This document shows positions 29,647 to 39,225 of a stretch of DNA of 64,000 nucleotides, one piece after another. The stretch's first letter is position 1, and each line of letters starts with the position of its first letter. Source of the stretch: a virus; the IMG/VR virus record IMGVR_UViG_3300020424_000002, positions 82,137 through 146,136 of that record. One strand, given 5' to 3'. Under the pieces are notes generated by a model, which had not been told where the DNA came from, did not search any database, and saw nothing but the letters and a program-made list of their open reading frames with translations. A program made the position numbers and the translations under genes.

Positions 29647-29672
29647 AGTATCTGTATTTATAATAATTGAAA

Positions 29673-29711
29673 TGTGTCTTAATTGTGACAAATGTGTGAC
29701 AATTATGTGAC
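29673..29711 (-). promoter_or_regulatory. Pho-box-like array: GTCACA repeated with exact 11-bp period
   Basis: + strand TGTGAC at 29684, 29695 and 29706, degenerate TGTGTC at 29673. Confidence 0.55.
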
Positions 29712-29722
29712 TAAATATATGT

Positions 29723-29884
29723 ATGAATATAATTAATGTACTTATATTATTATCTTTACCATTTGGAATCGTTGGATGGTATCTGTTATTGAGTGACCCT
29801 ACAGATAATAGGTCAATATGGAAAAAATTTCATTCATTAATGAAATCTGGTAGACTTAATAAAATTGTCAAAAAAATTACTTAG
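29723..29884 (+). CDS. Small membrane protein, a rare plus-strand gene (53 aa, not in track)
   Basis: MNIINVLILLSLPFGIVGWYLLLSDP...; fills the gap exactly; ACTAAATA late-like box upstream. Confidence 0.45.
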   Translation: MNIINVLILLSLPFGIVGWYLLLSDPTDNRSIWKKFHSLMKSGRLNKIVKKIT

Positions 29885-30101
29885 AATTAACTTTCTTATA
29901 TAAATCGTCTAGGTCTTCTTCTAGTGCTTTTATACGCTCTTCTAAAAGTGGATGTTTCTCAAACCACTTCTTTTCTTGTTTGATAATATCAATACCTATC
30001 TTTTTTTCTAACCACTTATCAAGTTTCAGAACTTTTGGATGATTTTTAACATATGGTATTTTCAGAAGTATTCTGAACAATGTCATTACTATTCTAAACA
30101 T
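29877..30101 (-). CDS. Hypothetical protein
   Basis: Coupled to the regA stop. Confidence 0.55.
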   Translation of the reverse strand: MFRIVMTLFRILLKIPYVKNHPKVLKLDKWLEKKIGIDIIKQEKKWFEKHPLLEERIKALEEDLDDLYKKVNSK

Positions 30102-30499
30102 TACTTGTTAACTACTCCGATGTTGTACTTTGGAACTAAATCCCATTCGTTTTTCTCCCTATGTGGAAGAACTTTAATCTGACTCATTGGTGCAATTGGG
30201 TCTTGATGATTATTAGATATAACTTTGAGTAATCCCCATTCTTCTAGAAGTTTTGCAATAGCATTTCTTCTACCGATATCAGATTCGACAAAAGAACTAT
30301 CTTTACCATCAAGTAAAAACAATTCTTTAAAGTGGACAAGGTAGTATTTACCTCGTTTGTGTAATATGTGGCAAGATTGGTAAAGTATTTTTTCTTTACG
30401 AGATGCAACTCCTATACGAGTTAATGTTTCTTTTACTTTTAGAAAATCATCCTGTTGTTTCAACTCTACCTCTACCATATTGGAGAGGTCATAGCTCAT
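30101..30499 (-). CDS. regA: Translational repressor RegA
   Basis: DDFLKVKETLTRIGVAS, LYQSCHILHKRGKYYLVHFKELF. Confidence 0.95.
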   Translation of the reverse strand: MSYDLSNMVEVELKQQDDFLKVKETLTRIGVASRKEKILYQSCHILHKRGKYYLVHFKELFLLDGKDSSFVESDIGRRNAIAKLLEEWGLLKVISNNHQDPIAPMSQIKVLPHREKNEWDLVPKYNIGVVNK

Positions 30500-30876
30500 T
30501 ACTTTCTCCCACCTGTTTTCATTCTCTCTTTCATAATTCCTATTTCCTTTGCAGTAAGAATCTTGTAATATTCTTCTGCTTTACTCATAGAACAGTCATA
30601 ATAAGTTTGGATGACTTTCATATCTTCCAACACTCTAGGTTTGTTCCATTTTGCAAACCTTTTTCTTTTTCTTAAAGTATTTAGGAAATAATGGAATTGT
30701 AGAGACGAATCTAGGTGCTTTCTAGAGTTCATTTCGTTAACATACATGATGCAATCTTGATGATAAGACAAAGATTTATTAGTAAGAAATGGTGAATATG
30801 ACCTTTCTGCAATATCATCCACCATGATATCTTTCTTGGAAAAGGTTATTGCAGTTACAAAATCAAAGGGATTCAT
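30499..30876 (-). CDS. 62: Clamp loader small subunit gp62
   Basis: YSPFLTNKSLS, NEMN, LRKRKRFAKW; immediately upstream of regA. Confidence 0.9.
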   Translation of the reverse strand: MNPFDFVTAITFSKKDIMVDDIAERSYSPFLTNKSLSYHQDCIMYVNEMNSRKHLDSSLQFHYFLNTLRKRKRFAKWNKPRVLEDMKVIQTYYDCSMSKAEEYYKILTAKEIGIMKERMKTGGRK

Positions 30877-31393
30877 ATATTCTATACTCTAAATTTCTTC
30901 TATCTTCGTTTGAATTATTTTTTATTACTTCTATTTTACCCATAAGATTCATATTCGTCAAGATATTATTTATCTGACTTCTTCTACCTTTTAACCAGAC
31001 TTCGGACTGGGTATCTCCTCGGTCTTTGTGTCTCTGGTGTTCTATATCAGAATCACAAGTGAGAACATAAACAGTTGCATCATAGTTATCAACTAACCAT
31101 TCAATGTCTTGTCCTCTAAAATATCTATCCCCCTCAATTAGAATGTGTTTATATTTGGGTTGAACCATAGTTATAAATTCTCTAAATTGTGGTATAGAAC
31201 CATGGGATAGTTTATCAGTACCACCAAAAGTTTCTCCTTCTGGATACTGGCCAAGAACTAATATATCATCATGTTCTTGACACTTGAACAATGGCATAGG
31301 TTCTATTAGTTTTGGTTTAGGTAAATGAGAAAGCAACCCTCTCATGAGGGTTGACTTTCCACTACATGGTATTCCACCAATTAAAGTTATCAT
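30863..31393 (-). CDS. P-loop nucleotide kinase-like protein of DNA-modification clusters
   Basis: IGGIPCSGKST, FGGTDKLS, ILIEGDR, RHKDRGDTQ. Confidence 0.7.
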   Translation of the reverse strand: MITLIGGIPCSGKSTLMRGLLSHLPKPKLIEPMPLFKCQEHDDILVLGQYPEGETFGGTDKLSHGSIPQFREFITMVQPKYKHILIEGDRYFRGQDIEWLVDNYDATVYVLTCDSDIEHQRHKDRGDTQSEVWLKGRRSQINNILTNMNLMGKIEVIKNNSNEDRRNLEYRIYESL

Positions 31394-32379
31394 CCTATAG
31401 ATTTACCATTTACATCTACTAGAATATCTTCTTTAGATAATCCATGATTTAATGTATCCTTAGTTGTTATTTGTCCTAAGAATCCACCAAATTCAAAGAT
31501 ATCATGATACTCTTCAGCAAGATGTTGTTTTATCCAATGAATTGTATATTCATATTTTTTTAACCAAGCTTTTCTTTGATTTTTAATTCTTGCTGGGTCA
31601 ACATTTAAAATAAAACCAAAGATTTGAACAGGCACTTGATAACTGTCATATAAGTCAATCATTTGTTTTATTTTTGAACCAAAGTCACCATCTGACCTTG
31701 CAAAACCAATCTGTCCTAAGTCGAGAACATATCCTTTAGCAGGAAAATCATTTTCTTCTAGAATTTGATTTGCAATGTTTTGGTCAATATCTTTAACAAA
31801 ATCATAAGAAGAAAAGTTTTTTCTAAACTTTTTAAAGATTGCAGTTCTTTGTGCTTTTGATTTAGAAGGTGCTATTCTATCTAAGAAGTCTTTAAGATAA
31901 GCATCATCATTCCTTTCACAACATCCTTGTATTACAAGTTGTTTTAAAGCTTGTGCATAATCTCTATCATCATTATCTTCTGCAATATCATGATACTCAT
32001 TTGAAAGTATTCCATGTGCAATAGATTCTGCTGGATTGTCATACCGAACTACATCAACAATTACTTTAGGTTGATTTAGTTCTTCATAACATTGTCTTCT
32101 ATTGAACCCTGCTTTTAAATACAGATTATCATCCAGACCCAATTCACAAACCATTACTGGTTTAGTGTAATCATATCTATGTGATATTGAGTCTTTTAGT
32201 TTGTTTACATTAGTTCTTACAGTATCAAATACACGAGGTTGTAAAGAATTATTATCTTTATCCTTGTATATAATATCTGAAAGTTTTACTAATCTTCTAT
32301 CGATGTATTGCACACCGACACCATAGTTGGGTTTGAAACCCTTCTTAGACCTTTCGAGGTCAAAGTTTATATTTCTCAT
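31390..32379 (-). CDS. Hypothetical protein with a divergent ParB-like N-terminus
   Basis: KPVMV...LYLKAGFNRR resembles the ParB G-x-x-R core. Confidence 0.45.
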   Translation of the reverse strand: MRNINFDLERSKKGFKPNYGVGVQYIDRRLVKLSDIIYKDKDNNSLQPRVFDTVRTNVNKLKDSISHRYDYTKPVMVCELGLDDNLYLKAGFNRRQCYEELNQPKVIVDVVRYDNPAESIAHGILSNEYHDIAEDNDDRDYAQALKQLVIQGCCERNDDAYLKDFLDRIAPSKSKAQRTAIFKKFRKNFSSYDFVKDIDQNIANQILEENDFPAKGYVLDLGQIGFARSDGDFGSKIKQMIDLYDSYQVPVQIFGFILNVDPARIKNQRKAWLKKYEYTIHWIKQHLAEEYHDIFEFGGFLGQITTKDTLNHGLSKEDILVDVNGKSIG

Positions 32380-32472
32380 TTGTATTTCCTCATACTAGAA
32401 ATGTTTATAATATGTTTAAAAATGTTCTCGTCTAATTGCGTTAGTTTAATTCTTAAACTCCAATAAAAGTAT

Positions 32473-33477
32473 TTAGGAAAGAAAAGATTCTAAACTTCCC
32501 TTTTCTTCATACTTACTTGCATGTGGCCCAATAGGTTTTTCTGATTTACCAGCTTGTCCTTTAGTTGCAACATGTTCATCACAATACGCAACACACGACA
32601 ATCTAACTCCATCACCTGTTATTGGAGTAACCCCATGTAATTCATTTGAGTCTGCAATCAAAACATCACCATCGTCAGCTTCAATTGCAATCCCATATCT
32701 TGGGAAACATAGATATGCACCCCCAAAATTACCGATTCGAAAAACACACATTGTGGTTAATCCGAATTCTAAATCCTTTCCATCAAGATGTGCAGACATC
32801 TTTGCAGTGCCTTCACTTGAGTATCTATTTGCAGATAAAGCTGTAATTGGAGCTCCACCTATTTGATATTGTTTTTCAATACATTCATCTGCAAAGTTTC
32901 TTTGTAGTTTCCATACTTCTGGAACACCTTTCTTTAATGCTTTTTCATTTTCAATTGCAATATTTTTTAGTATTTCATACTTAGGTTTGTTTGCTTTCTT
33001 TTCCATCCAACCACTTGCACCAATCATTCCAGTGAATCTACCTCTTTTATATCCTATTAGTACAGAATGTATTGCATTTGCAGATGCAATTCTATTAAAC
33101 TCACCATTCTTTTTAAGTGGGTAATATGAGTTTGGTGTCCTTAAGACATAATCTTTACCTTCTATCAATCCTCGTTTTTTCATTTCCTCTGGGTCAATAG
33201 GCCCAGCTGCATTTGCTCTCATGGTTGATACATCATCTATAGAATATAGAGTATCTTTTACTTGTTGATATATATCACCAGTATATGCATTCTTTACAAT
33301 ACATGCAAGAATAGGTTTATCAAATAATGAACCACTTGGTTTATATACTTTTATGATATCATCTTTAACTCCAATAGAAGATACAACAGTATCGTAAGAG
33401 GTTTCATCCAACCACTTACCATTCCATTTATCGAATGTTTCTTTAAATCCTAAGTCTTTGTTTGCAGTAATTTCCAT
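32473..33477 (-). CDS. TET/JBP-family 2OG-Fe(II) dioxygenase (putative 5mC oxidase)
   Basis: MSAHLDGKD (HxD), GAYLCFP, NELHGVTPI, RLSCVAY; overlaps the C5-MTase gene. Confidence 0.8.
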   Translation of the reverse strand: MEITANKDLGFKETFDKWNGKWLDETSYDTVVSSIGVKDDIIKVYKPSGSLFDKPILACIVKNAYTGDIYQQVKDTLYSIDDVSTMRANAAGPIDPEEMKKRGLIEGKDYVLRTPNSYYPLKKNGEFNRIASANAIHSVLIGYKRGRFTGMIGASGWMEKKANKPKYEILKNIAIENEKALKKGVPEVWKLQRNFADECIEKQYQIGGAPITALSANRYSSEGTAKMSAHLDGKDLEFGLTTMCVFRIGNFGGAYLCFPRYGIAIEADDGDVLIADSNELHGVTPITGDGVRLSCVAYCDEHVATKGQAGKSEKPIGPHASKYEEKGSLESFLS

Positions 33478-34715
33478 GGTTCTAAGATTTGTTTCTTTAT
33501 CTCCTCTACTATGTAGTACAACTGTAATGGTGCAACCATTAATCCTATTCTTGCACCTTTATCGTTGTAGTCTCCTGTCATCTTATAATCATTTGGTAAT
33601 GTCATAAGTCTGACCATTTCTTTTGGTGTGTATATTCTCTTACCACTGTAATGAAAATGATTACCACCCATGAACTTTGGTTGACATCCTTGTTCAGTTA
33701 AGGAATGTGCTGGAAGATGTTTTGGAACAATTCTTGACATATAGTAAGAATGTTTTTCATCTTCTGGTTTTAAATGACCATTTTTAATTTGTTCTTGAAA
33801 CCAAGGTTTAACAATATCATCACCTATTGATATATAAGGTCTGTTACCCATTTGGTCTCTAACACCATCTAATCCTTTACATGGCCCACAATGTTTTAAA
33901 TCTGGGTCTGGATGTTTTTCAAATCCATTTACCCAATGTGATTTTGATGATTCGTTCATTGCATCTACAAGATATTCTGCATCTTTAATGTTTTCTTCAT
34001 CATCTATCAAGTCATCTATGGCTTCACCTATTGATACTCTTCGACTTGTTGGTTCTGGAAACAAACCACTAAGACACATAAAGGGTAATCCAATTGCATC
34101 TAATACATCATCCCTAACTGCAATAATAAAAACCCTCTCTCTTTTTTGTGGTACTCCATGTTCGTGTCCTTTAGTAATTTTCCATGTTACTGAGTATCCT
34201 ATCTTTTCAAAGTCTACAATCATTTTATTAAGATGGTCTCTTGCATAATCCATTGATAGACCTTTTACATTTTCACATACAATAACTTTAGGCATCATTT
34301 CTTCTGCAATTCGTATTTGTTCCCAAGTAAGGTCTTCAATGTTTTGTTGTTTCATTCCATATGCAACTTTTTCTTGATTCCACCCTTCTCTTTTGGAGCC
34401 TGCCATAGAGAAAGGTGGACAAGGTGGTGAACCATCTAAAATGTCTAATTCATATTTTTGAATACCTGTCATTTCCATTATACTTTTTCCAGTGACTTCT
34501 TTAATATCTTTACATTCATGCACTGTATTAGGAAAATTTGCAAGATAAGTATCAACATGTATTTGTTGAAACTCATTCATATACTTTACATCACCGCCTG
34601 CAAGTTTATATGCACACGATGAACCACCACCGCCTGCAAAAAAAGTAATGTAATCAAACTCTTTTCTTGCAGAGTTTTTGTGTAAATCATCTAATGTGTA
34701 TTGAAAATAACTCAT
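33450..34715 (-). CDS. DNA cytosine-C5 methyltransferase
   Basis: FFAGGGG (I), DGSPPCPPFS (IV), ENVKG (VI), PQKRERVF (VIII). Confidence 0.92.
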   Translation of the reverse strand: MSYFQYTLDDLHKNSARKEFDYITFFAGGGGSSCAYKLAGGDVKYMNEFQQIHVDTYLANFPNTVHECKDIKEVTGKSIMEMTGIQKYELDILDGSPPCPPFSMAGSKREGWNQEKVAYGMKQQNIEDLTWEQIRIAEEMMPKVIVCENVKGLSMDYARDHLNKMIVDFEKIGYSVTWKITKGHEHGVPQKRERVFIIAVRDDVLDAIGLPFMCLSGLFPEPTSRRVSIGEAIDDLIDDEENIKDAEYLVDAMNESSKSHWVNGFEKHPDPDLKHCGPCKGLDGVRDQMGNRPYISIGDDIVKPWFQEQIKNGHLKPEDEKHSYYMSRIVPKHLPAHSLTEQGCQPKFMGGNHFHYSGKRIYTPKEMVRLMTLPNDYKMTGDYNDKGARIGLMVAPLQLYYIVEEIKKQILEPWKLLQTKT

Positions 34716-35479
34716 CTTTCATTCATCCATAAATCTGGAAATGGTATTGCTTGATACATTTCTCCTTCAAGTCCCCATTGAAATTCTATATGTTTTTGTT
34801 CAGAAAAATAAATAGATTCTGGAAAAATATCAAATGCAACTGTTACTCTAGGTTTGTCTTCCATCCATGGAGACGATGCATGTTGAAATCCACTTGCAGA
34901 GTATATTAACATATCATTATAGTCTTGATGCACCACCCACTCACTCTCTGGTTGTTCTGGCCCTATTCTATAAGAAGTCGTAGATGGTTCTACATTTGCA
35001 CAATAGAATCCATGGTAGATATGTGGATGCATATCTTCAATATGTTTATGAAAAGGTATATGGTCGTATCCTTTATCGTCTTTTCTTTTTGTATAAACAT
35101 TAAACCATCCATGTATGTAATATGATTCACCAGCTTCTCTTACTTGAGGATTACTATAAAAAAATCGATTTAGTTTCCAATAGATATCTGCAAATGGTCT
35201 TAAACCAAATGTAAAAGGATTATAGGTATTAAATTTTTGTACTTCTTTTGTATCTAATTCAAATTGATGCTCTATTTCTTCTTTAGATAAATCTGCACCT
35301 TCTTTAGATGCACGAACATATGCACGAAGATTATTACTAAATTGATTTGGTGTTGCCATCCCATCTTCATCATGTGCAAAGTATGGATGATTTTCATTTT
35401 CAATACACCAATTAGTAATAAACTCATGGTCTATTTCACAATTTTTTTGTATAAAAAAATCAGAACTCTTTAGTTCCAC
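34712..35479 (-). CDS. 2OG-Fe(II) oxygenase-like protein
   Basis: HGWFNV, FHKH, FQHASSP, RVTVAFD. Confidence 0.6.
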   Translation of the reverse strand: MELKSSDFFIQKNCEIDHEFITNWCIENENHPYFAHDEDGMATPNQFSNNLRAYVRASKEGADLSKEEIEHQFELDTKEVQKFNTYNPFTFGLRPFADIYWKLNRFFYSNPQVREAGESYYIHGWFNVYTKRKDDKGYDHIPFHKHIEDMHPHIYHGFYCANVEPSTTSYRIGPEQPESEWVVHQDYNDMLIYSASGFQHASSPWMEDKPRVTVAFDIFPESIYFSEQKHIEFQWGLEGEMYQAIPFPDLWMNER

Positions 35480-35657
35480 TTCTATCCTCGTATTCTAGTT
35501 TAACAATAACATGGTCGTTTTTTCTGACACCTTGATTATAAAGGTGTGTATACATTTCATTTGCACCTTTTCGTATTCCATTATATTCTCCCCATGAGTA
35601 TATAGCAAAAAACGAAATGCAAAGAAATATAAATGTAATAGTTATTTCCATCGACAC
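35460..35657 (-). CDS. Small membrane protein
   Basis: N-terminal hydrophobic helix. Confidence 0.55.
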   Translation of the reverse strand: MSMEITITFIFLCISFFAIYSWGEYNGIRKGANEMYTHLYNQGVRKNDHVIVKLEYEDRSGTKEF

Positions 35658-36574
35658 TCCATCATTAATTCAGTTAGACAAGCAACGATATTCACTTCTT
35701 GGTCAACTACAAATGCAGACTTATAACTGTAATCTGCAATGATAATTACAGCCTGTGGTATACTTTGTGGTTCTAATACATTGTAAAGTGTATCGTAAAT
35801 CTTTCTAAATAATTTTACTGGGTCGTTGTCGATATTAGTTGCAACCCATTTTCTCATATCTGTAAATCTTTTTGCTTTGATATGACCAAGTAATTCTTGG
35901 AGACTTTCTTCTGCAATATTAGATAGTATTCCTACATCTATCTTACCACTTACTGCATATCTTTGTAGTTCATTAATGGTTCTACGAAAGTCTGGAAAAT
36001 ATTTCATAACTAATTCTTGTAGAACTTCGTTATTATATTCCACACCTTCATCGTCAAGAATCAACATAAGTCTTGCAAGAAATACAGATGCAAGTCTTGG
36101 TCTTTCCTTTGGTGGTATCTTAAAGTCAATAACAGTGCATCTTGAATGCAAAGGTGCAATCAATCTGTTTTTATAATTACATGTAAAGATAAATCTACAA
36201 TTTTTATGAAACTCTTCTATGAATCCACGAAGAGCTGGTTGAGTTGATTGTGGATTAAGATAGTCAGCCTCATCAAGAATAACTACTTTGTTTCCACCAC
36301 CAAGTGAAACTGTAGATGCAAAGTTTTTGATTTTGGTTCTTAGAACATCAATACCACTTTCCTCAGAACCATTGATTAAAATATAATCACAATTGTGCAT
36401 TTCACATAATGCTTTTGCAATTGTAGTCTTACCTGTACCTGCTGTACCAGTAAGAATCATGTTTGGTATTTCGTCTTTGATATCAAAGAAAGTTTGTTTG
36501 ATATCAGCTGGAAGGACACAATCCTCTATTGTTTTTGGTCGATACTTTTCAACCCATAAGAAATCTTCATTCAT
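35642..36574 (-). CDS. 44: Clamp loader large subunit gp44
   Basis: LWVEKYRP, GTAGTGKTT, ILDEAD, PLHSRC. Confidence 0.95.
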   Translation of the reverse strand: MNEDFLWVEKYRPKTIEDCVLPADIKQTFFDIKDEIPNMILTGTAGTGKTTIAKALCEMHNCDYILINGSEESGIDVLRTKIKNFASTVSLGGGNKVVILDEADYLNPQSTQPALRGFIEEFHKNCRFIFTCNYKNRLIAPLHSRCTVIDFKIPPKERPRLASVFLARLMLILDDEGVEYNNEVLQELVMKYFPDFRRTINELQRYAVSGKIDVGILSNIAEESLQELLGHIKAKRFTDMRKWVATNIDNDPVKLFRKIYDTLYNVLEPQSIPQAVIIIADYSYKSAFVVDQEVNIVACLTELMMECRWK

Positions 36575-36696
36575 TCACACACCTCATAATAAAAAGAAGA
36601 CTCATAATCCCACCATTATGAATCGAGTCAATCCCCAAGAGAGAGAACAGATTGACACCCTCAGATACCAATGTCTAGTACCTACAAAAGTATTTA

Positions 36697-37368
36697 TCAC
36701 GAACCGAATGTTGAATCTGGTTCTAGTGCAATAAAATATTCAAGTCCTTTATTCTTTGCAATGAATTGTGATAAACCTTTGGATGATACCTTAACAGTAT
36801 ATTCATCCTTTACCACTTTAATGTTTTCCATTTTAAAGTTCATTGAATATGTTTGTCCATCACCATCCATGATTACTTCACTGAATTGATTAGTTGATGG
36901 ATTCTTTTTATCTCTAACAGATAATGATACTACAGTCCCATTACTTTCCAGTACTAAGTCTGGAAGAGATAACACTGCACTTGCTTTTTGCAACTTAGTT
37001 AACAAGTTAGTATCCAAATCAAAAACTACTTCTGGGTTAGGCATAGTAATATCTTTTTCTGGTGGTGCAATAATCATTGATGCATCTGCATAATTATATG
37101 TTGCACTTGCACCATTACCACTAATGTTTACAGATTTTTCACCAAAGTCAAACTCTGCATCATTACCTAACAATGAAATAGTTGCAAGAAACTCTGGTAA
37201 ATCATATACAGAAAACTCACTTGTAAAGTTATCTGATATCGTTGCTTTACCAAAGATATTTTTCATCGGTGAAATCGTTTTGATTTCACTTCCTTGTTGT
37301 ACTGTAATACCATTATTGATACTACTAAAGTTTTGTAAAACTTCTAAAGTACTTTCACTTATTTTCAT
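36697..37368 (-). CDS. 45: Sliding clamp gp45
   Basis: MKISESTLEVLQNFSSIN...YFIALE; synteny. Confidence 0.92.
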   Translation of the reverse strand: MKISESTLEVLQNFSSINNGITVQQGSEIKTISPMKNIFGKATISDNFTSEFSVYDLPEFLATISLLGNDAEFDFGEKSVNISGNGASATYNYADASMIIAPPEKDITMPNPEVVFDLDTNLLTKLQKASAVLSLPDLVLESNGTVVSLSVRDKKNPSTNQFSEVIMDGDGQTYSMNFKMENIKVVKDEYTVKVSSKGLSQFIAKNKGLEYFIALEPDSTFGS

Positions 37369-37377
37369 AATTTACTC

Positions 37378-37671
37378 CTATAAGGCTGCTCTTTTGTCCA
37401 CTTCTAAATCATGCACATAAAGAGCAAATAGTGCATAGTGTAAAACTTTCATGAGGTCAGCACGATTATGTCCTTGTTTCTTTCCATATCTCTGTGCATA
37501 TTTAAGAATGTTTCCAATACAGAAACCTTCTCCATGACCACCATCTATAATAAATTCTGTTGCTTGGTATTGATTTTGTGAATAATGTTGGTCGTATGTT
37601 TTATTCACATATTCAATTAATTGTGCGATATACTCGTCTTCATTGTATTTGTATTCTATTTTCTCACTCAT
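37378..37671 (-). CDS. DUF3310-like protein
   Basis: HYSQNQ...GFCIGNILKYAQRYGKK. Confidence 0.75.
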   Translation of the reverse strand: MSEKIEYKYNEDEYIAQLIEYVNKTYDQHYSQNQYQATEFIIDGGHGEGFCIGNILKYAQRYGKKQGHNRADLMKVLHYALFALYVHDLEVDKRAAL

Positions 37672-37850
37672 ATTACTATTATATTACAGAACTCGTATTT
37701 GTCAACCAAACTTAGCTCCACTGTTAACATCATCTTTCTTTTTCTCTCTAAAAGTAAAGAACCTTTTAAATCCACCACTTAATCCCCAAACAGTAAATAG
37801 ATAAACTAAAGTTAGTATACCTATTATTTGTAAGATTGCTTCAATCCATT

Positions 37851-38153
37851 CTACCATTTGTCTAAGTTAACTCCTCTAGTATTGAATGTTCCCATTGTTC
37901 TACATTCTCTATAATCAAATGGAACACTTACACTATATGGGTCTGATATTCCAGTACCTACCCACTCAGCAGTATTGTAAATTGTAGATGGGTTTACATG
38001 GTCTAGATATTTGTCAACCCACATATCATTCTTTTCACACCAGTCTTCAATCTCTTCATATGTTCCATATACAAGTGTACCCATTTTGTATTCACTACCA
38101 TCTGCATGAAGTACCCTTGCAATTTCTTGATGTGTTATACAGTTTGATGTCAT
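37851..38153 (-). CDS. Hypothetical protein
   Basis: ORF track; ATGA coupling. Confidence 0.55.
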   Translation of the reverse strand: MTSNCITHQEIARVLHADGSEYKMGTLVYGTYEEIEDWCEKNDMWVDKYLDHVNPSTIYNTAEWVGTGISDPYSVSVPFDYRECRTMGTFNTRGVNLDKW

Positions 38154-38686
38154 TTGTAAAATATGTGTTCGTTAATTATTACAGTTTCATTTAGTGAATC
38201 TGCCCAGTATGGATTTACATATATCGAATGATAATGTGTTGCACCCTCTGTAATGTCTCCATATGCACCTTGTAAGATATCCCTTGCAAGAGTTAAACAT
38301 TGTACCCAAGTTTTTGAATCCTCTGGGTCGTCTGACTTACCATCACAAAACCAACTAAACTGACATTGATTTCTGATAGGCATCATATTACCTTTCCAGT
38401 TTTCTCTCCACTTTGCTTGGTAAACAACACCACAAATATCAGATGGATAATTCATGTGTTGAGTCCTATTAATAACCACTTGGGAAACTGCAATCTTACC
38501 AGCCTTTGGTTGATTACCAGCTTCAAAGTACATGTTCTGTGCAAGACAATATGCATCGTTATTTTCATCATATGCAAACACTTTGTTAATAAAAAATGAT
38601 GCAATTATAACTAACATCATTAATCCTATATGAAGTGGAACAAACCACTTAGAATCACTTGACCAAATTCTCTTTTTCATATCCAC
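38150..38686 (-). CDS. SleB-like cell wall hydrolase (Hydrolase_2)
   Basis: CLAQNMYFEAGNQ, ICGVVYQ, CQFSW, GATHYH, HIFY. Confidence 0.9.
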   Translation of the reverse strand: MDMKKRIWSSDSKWFVPLHIGLMMLVIIASFFINKVFAYDENNDAYCLAQNMYFEAGNQPKAGKIAVSQVVINRTQHMNYPSDICGVVYQAKWRENWKGNMMPIRNQCQFSWFCDGKSDDPEDSKTWVQCLTLARDILQGAYGDITEGATHYHSIYVNPYWADSLNETVIINEHIFYK

Positions 38687-38904
38687 GAATACCCCATATT
38701 TAATAAATCTTTTTGTTCTTCGATTGCTTTATCAATATCTATTTTTTTAACAGATATCATTGCACCATTAGTATTAGTCACTTCAACAGAATCATCTTCA
38801 ATATTAAAAGTTACTGAATGACCTTCATTATGAAGTGTTCCTTTAAACACCATGTTTGGATGTTCTCTACATTTTAATGTTTCATGGAATTGTTTTTTAT
38901 TCAT
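38677..38904 (-). CDS. Hypothetical protein
   Basis: ORF track; GGAG RBS. Confidence 0.55.
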   Translation of the reverse strand: MNKKQFHETLKCREHPNMVFKGTLHNEGHSVTFNIEDDSVEVTNTNGAMISVKKIDIDKAIEEQKDLLNMGYSWI

Positions 38905-39009
38905 ATTCTACTCCAAAAACTGGTGGGATGGAGAACAGTTATACAAACAAAAGCTGTAATAAAAGTGTTCTTTTTTGTAATGGTCGTTCTCCTGTCCCAT
39001 ACCCGAGCC

Positions 39010-39225
39010 TTAGCCCCTATTATTAAAATAATTTCTTATTATGTAAACTCTAGTATATGCAACTAAAGTAATGATACCTGTAACAACTGTACCGATTAAA
39101 AAAGTATTACTCCATGCAAATACATCTATAAAAAGAAACAACAAAAATACATTAAGAGGGTAGTTTATAATTAAACCAGTTCCTACTGTAGTTGCAGTTT
39201 CTTTATGAATTTCTCTGTTAATCAT
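39010..39225 (-). CDS. Small two-TM membrane protein
   Basis: Two hydrophobic helices. Confidence 0.6.
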   Translation of the reverse strand: MINREIHKETATTVGTGLIINYPLNVFLLFLFIDVFAWSNTFLIGTVVTGIITLVAYTRVYIIRNYFNNRG

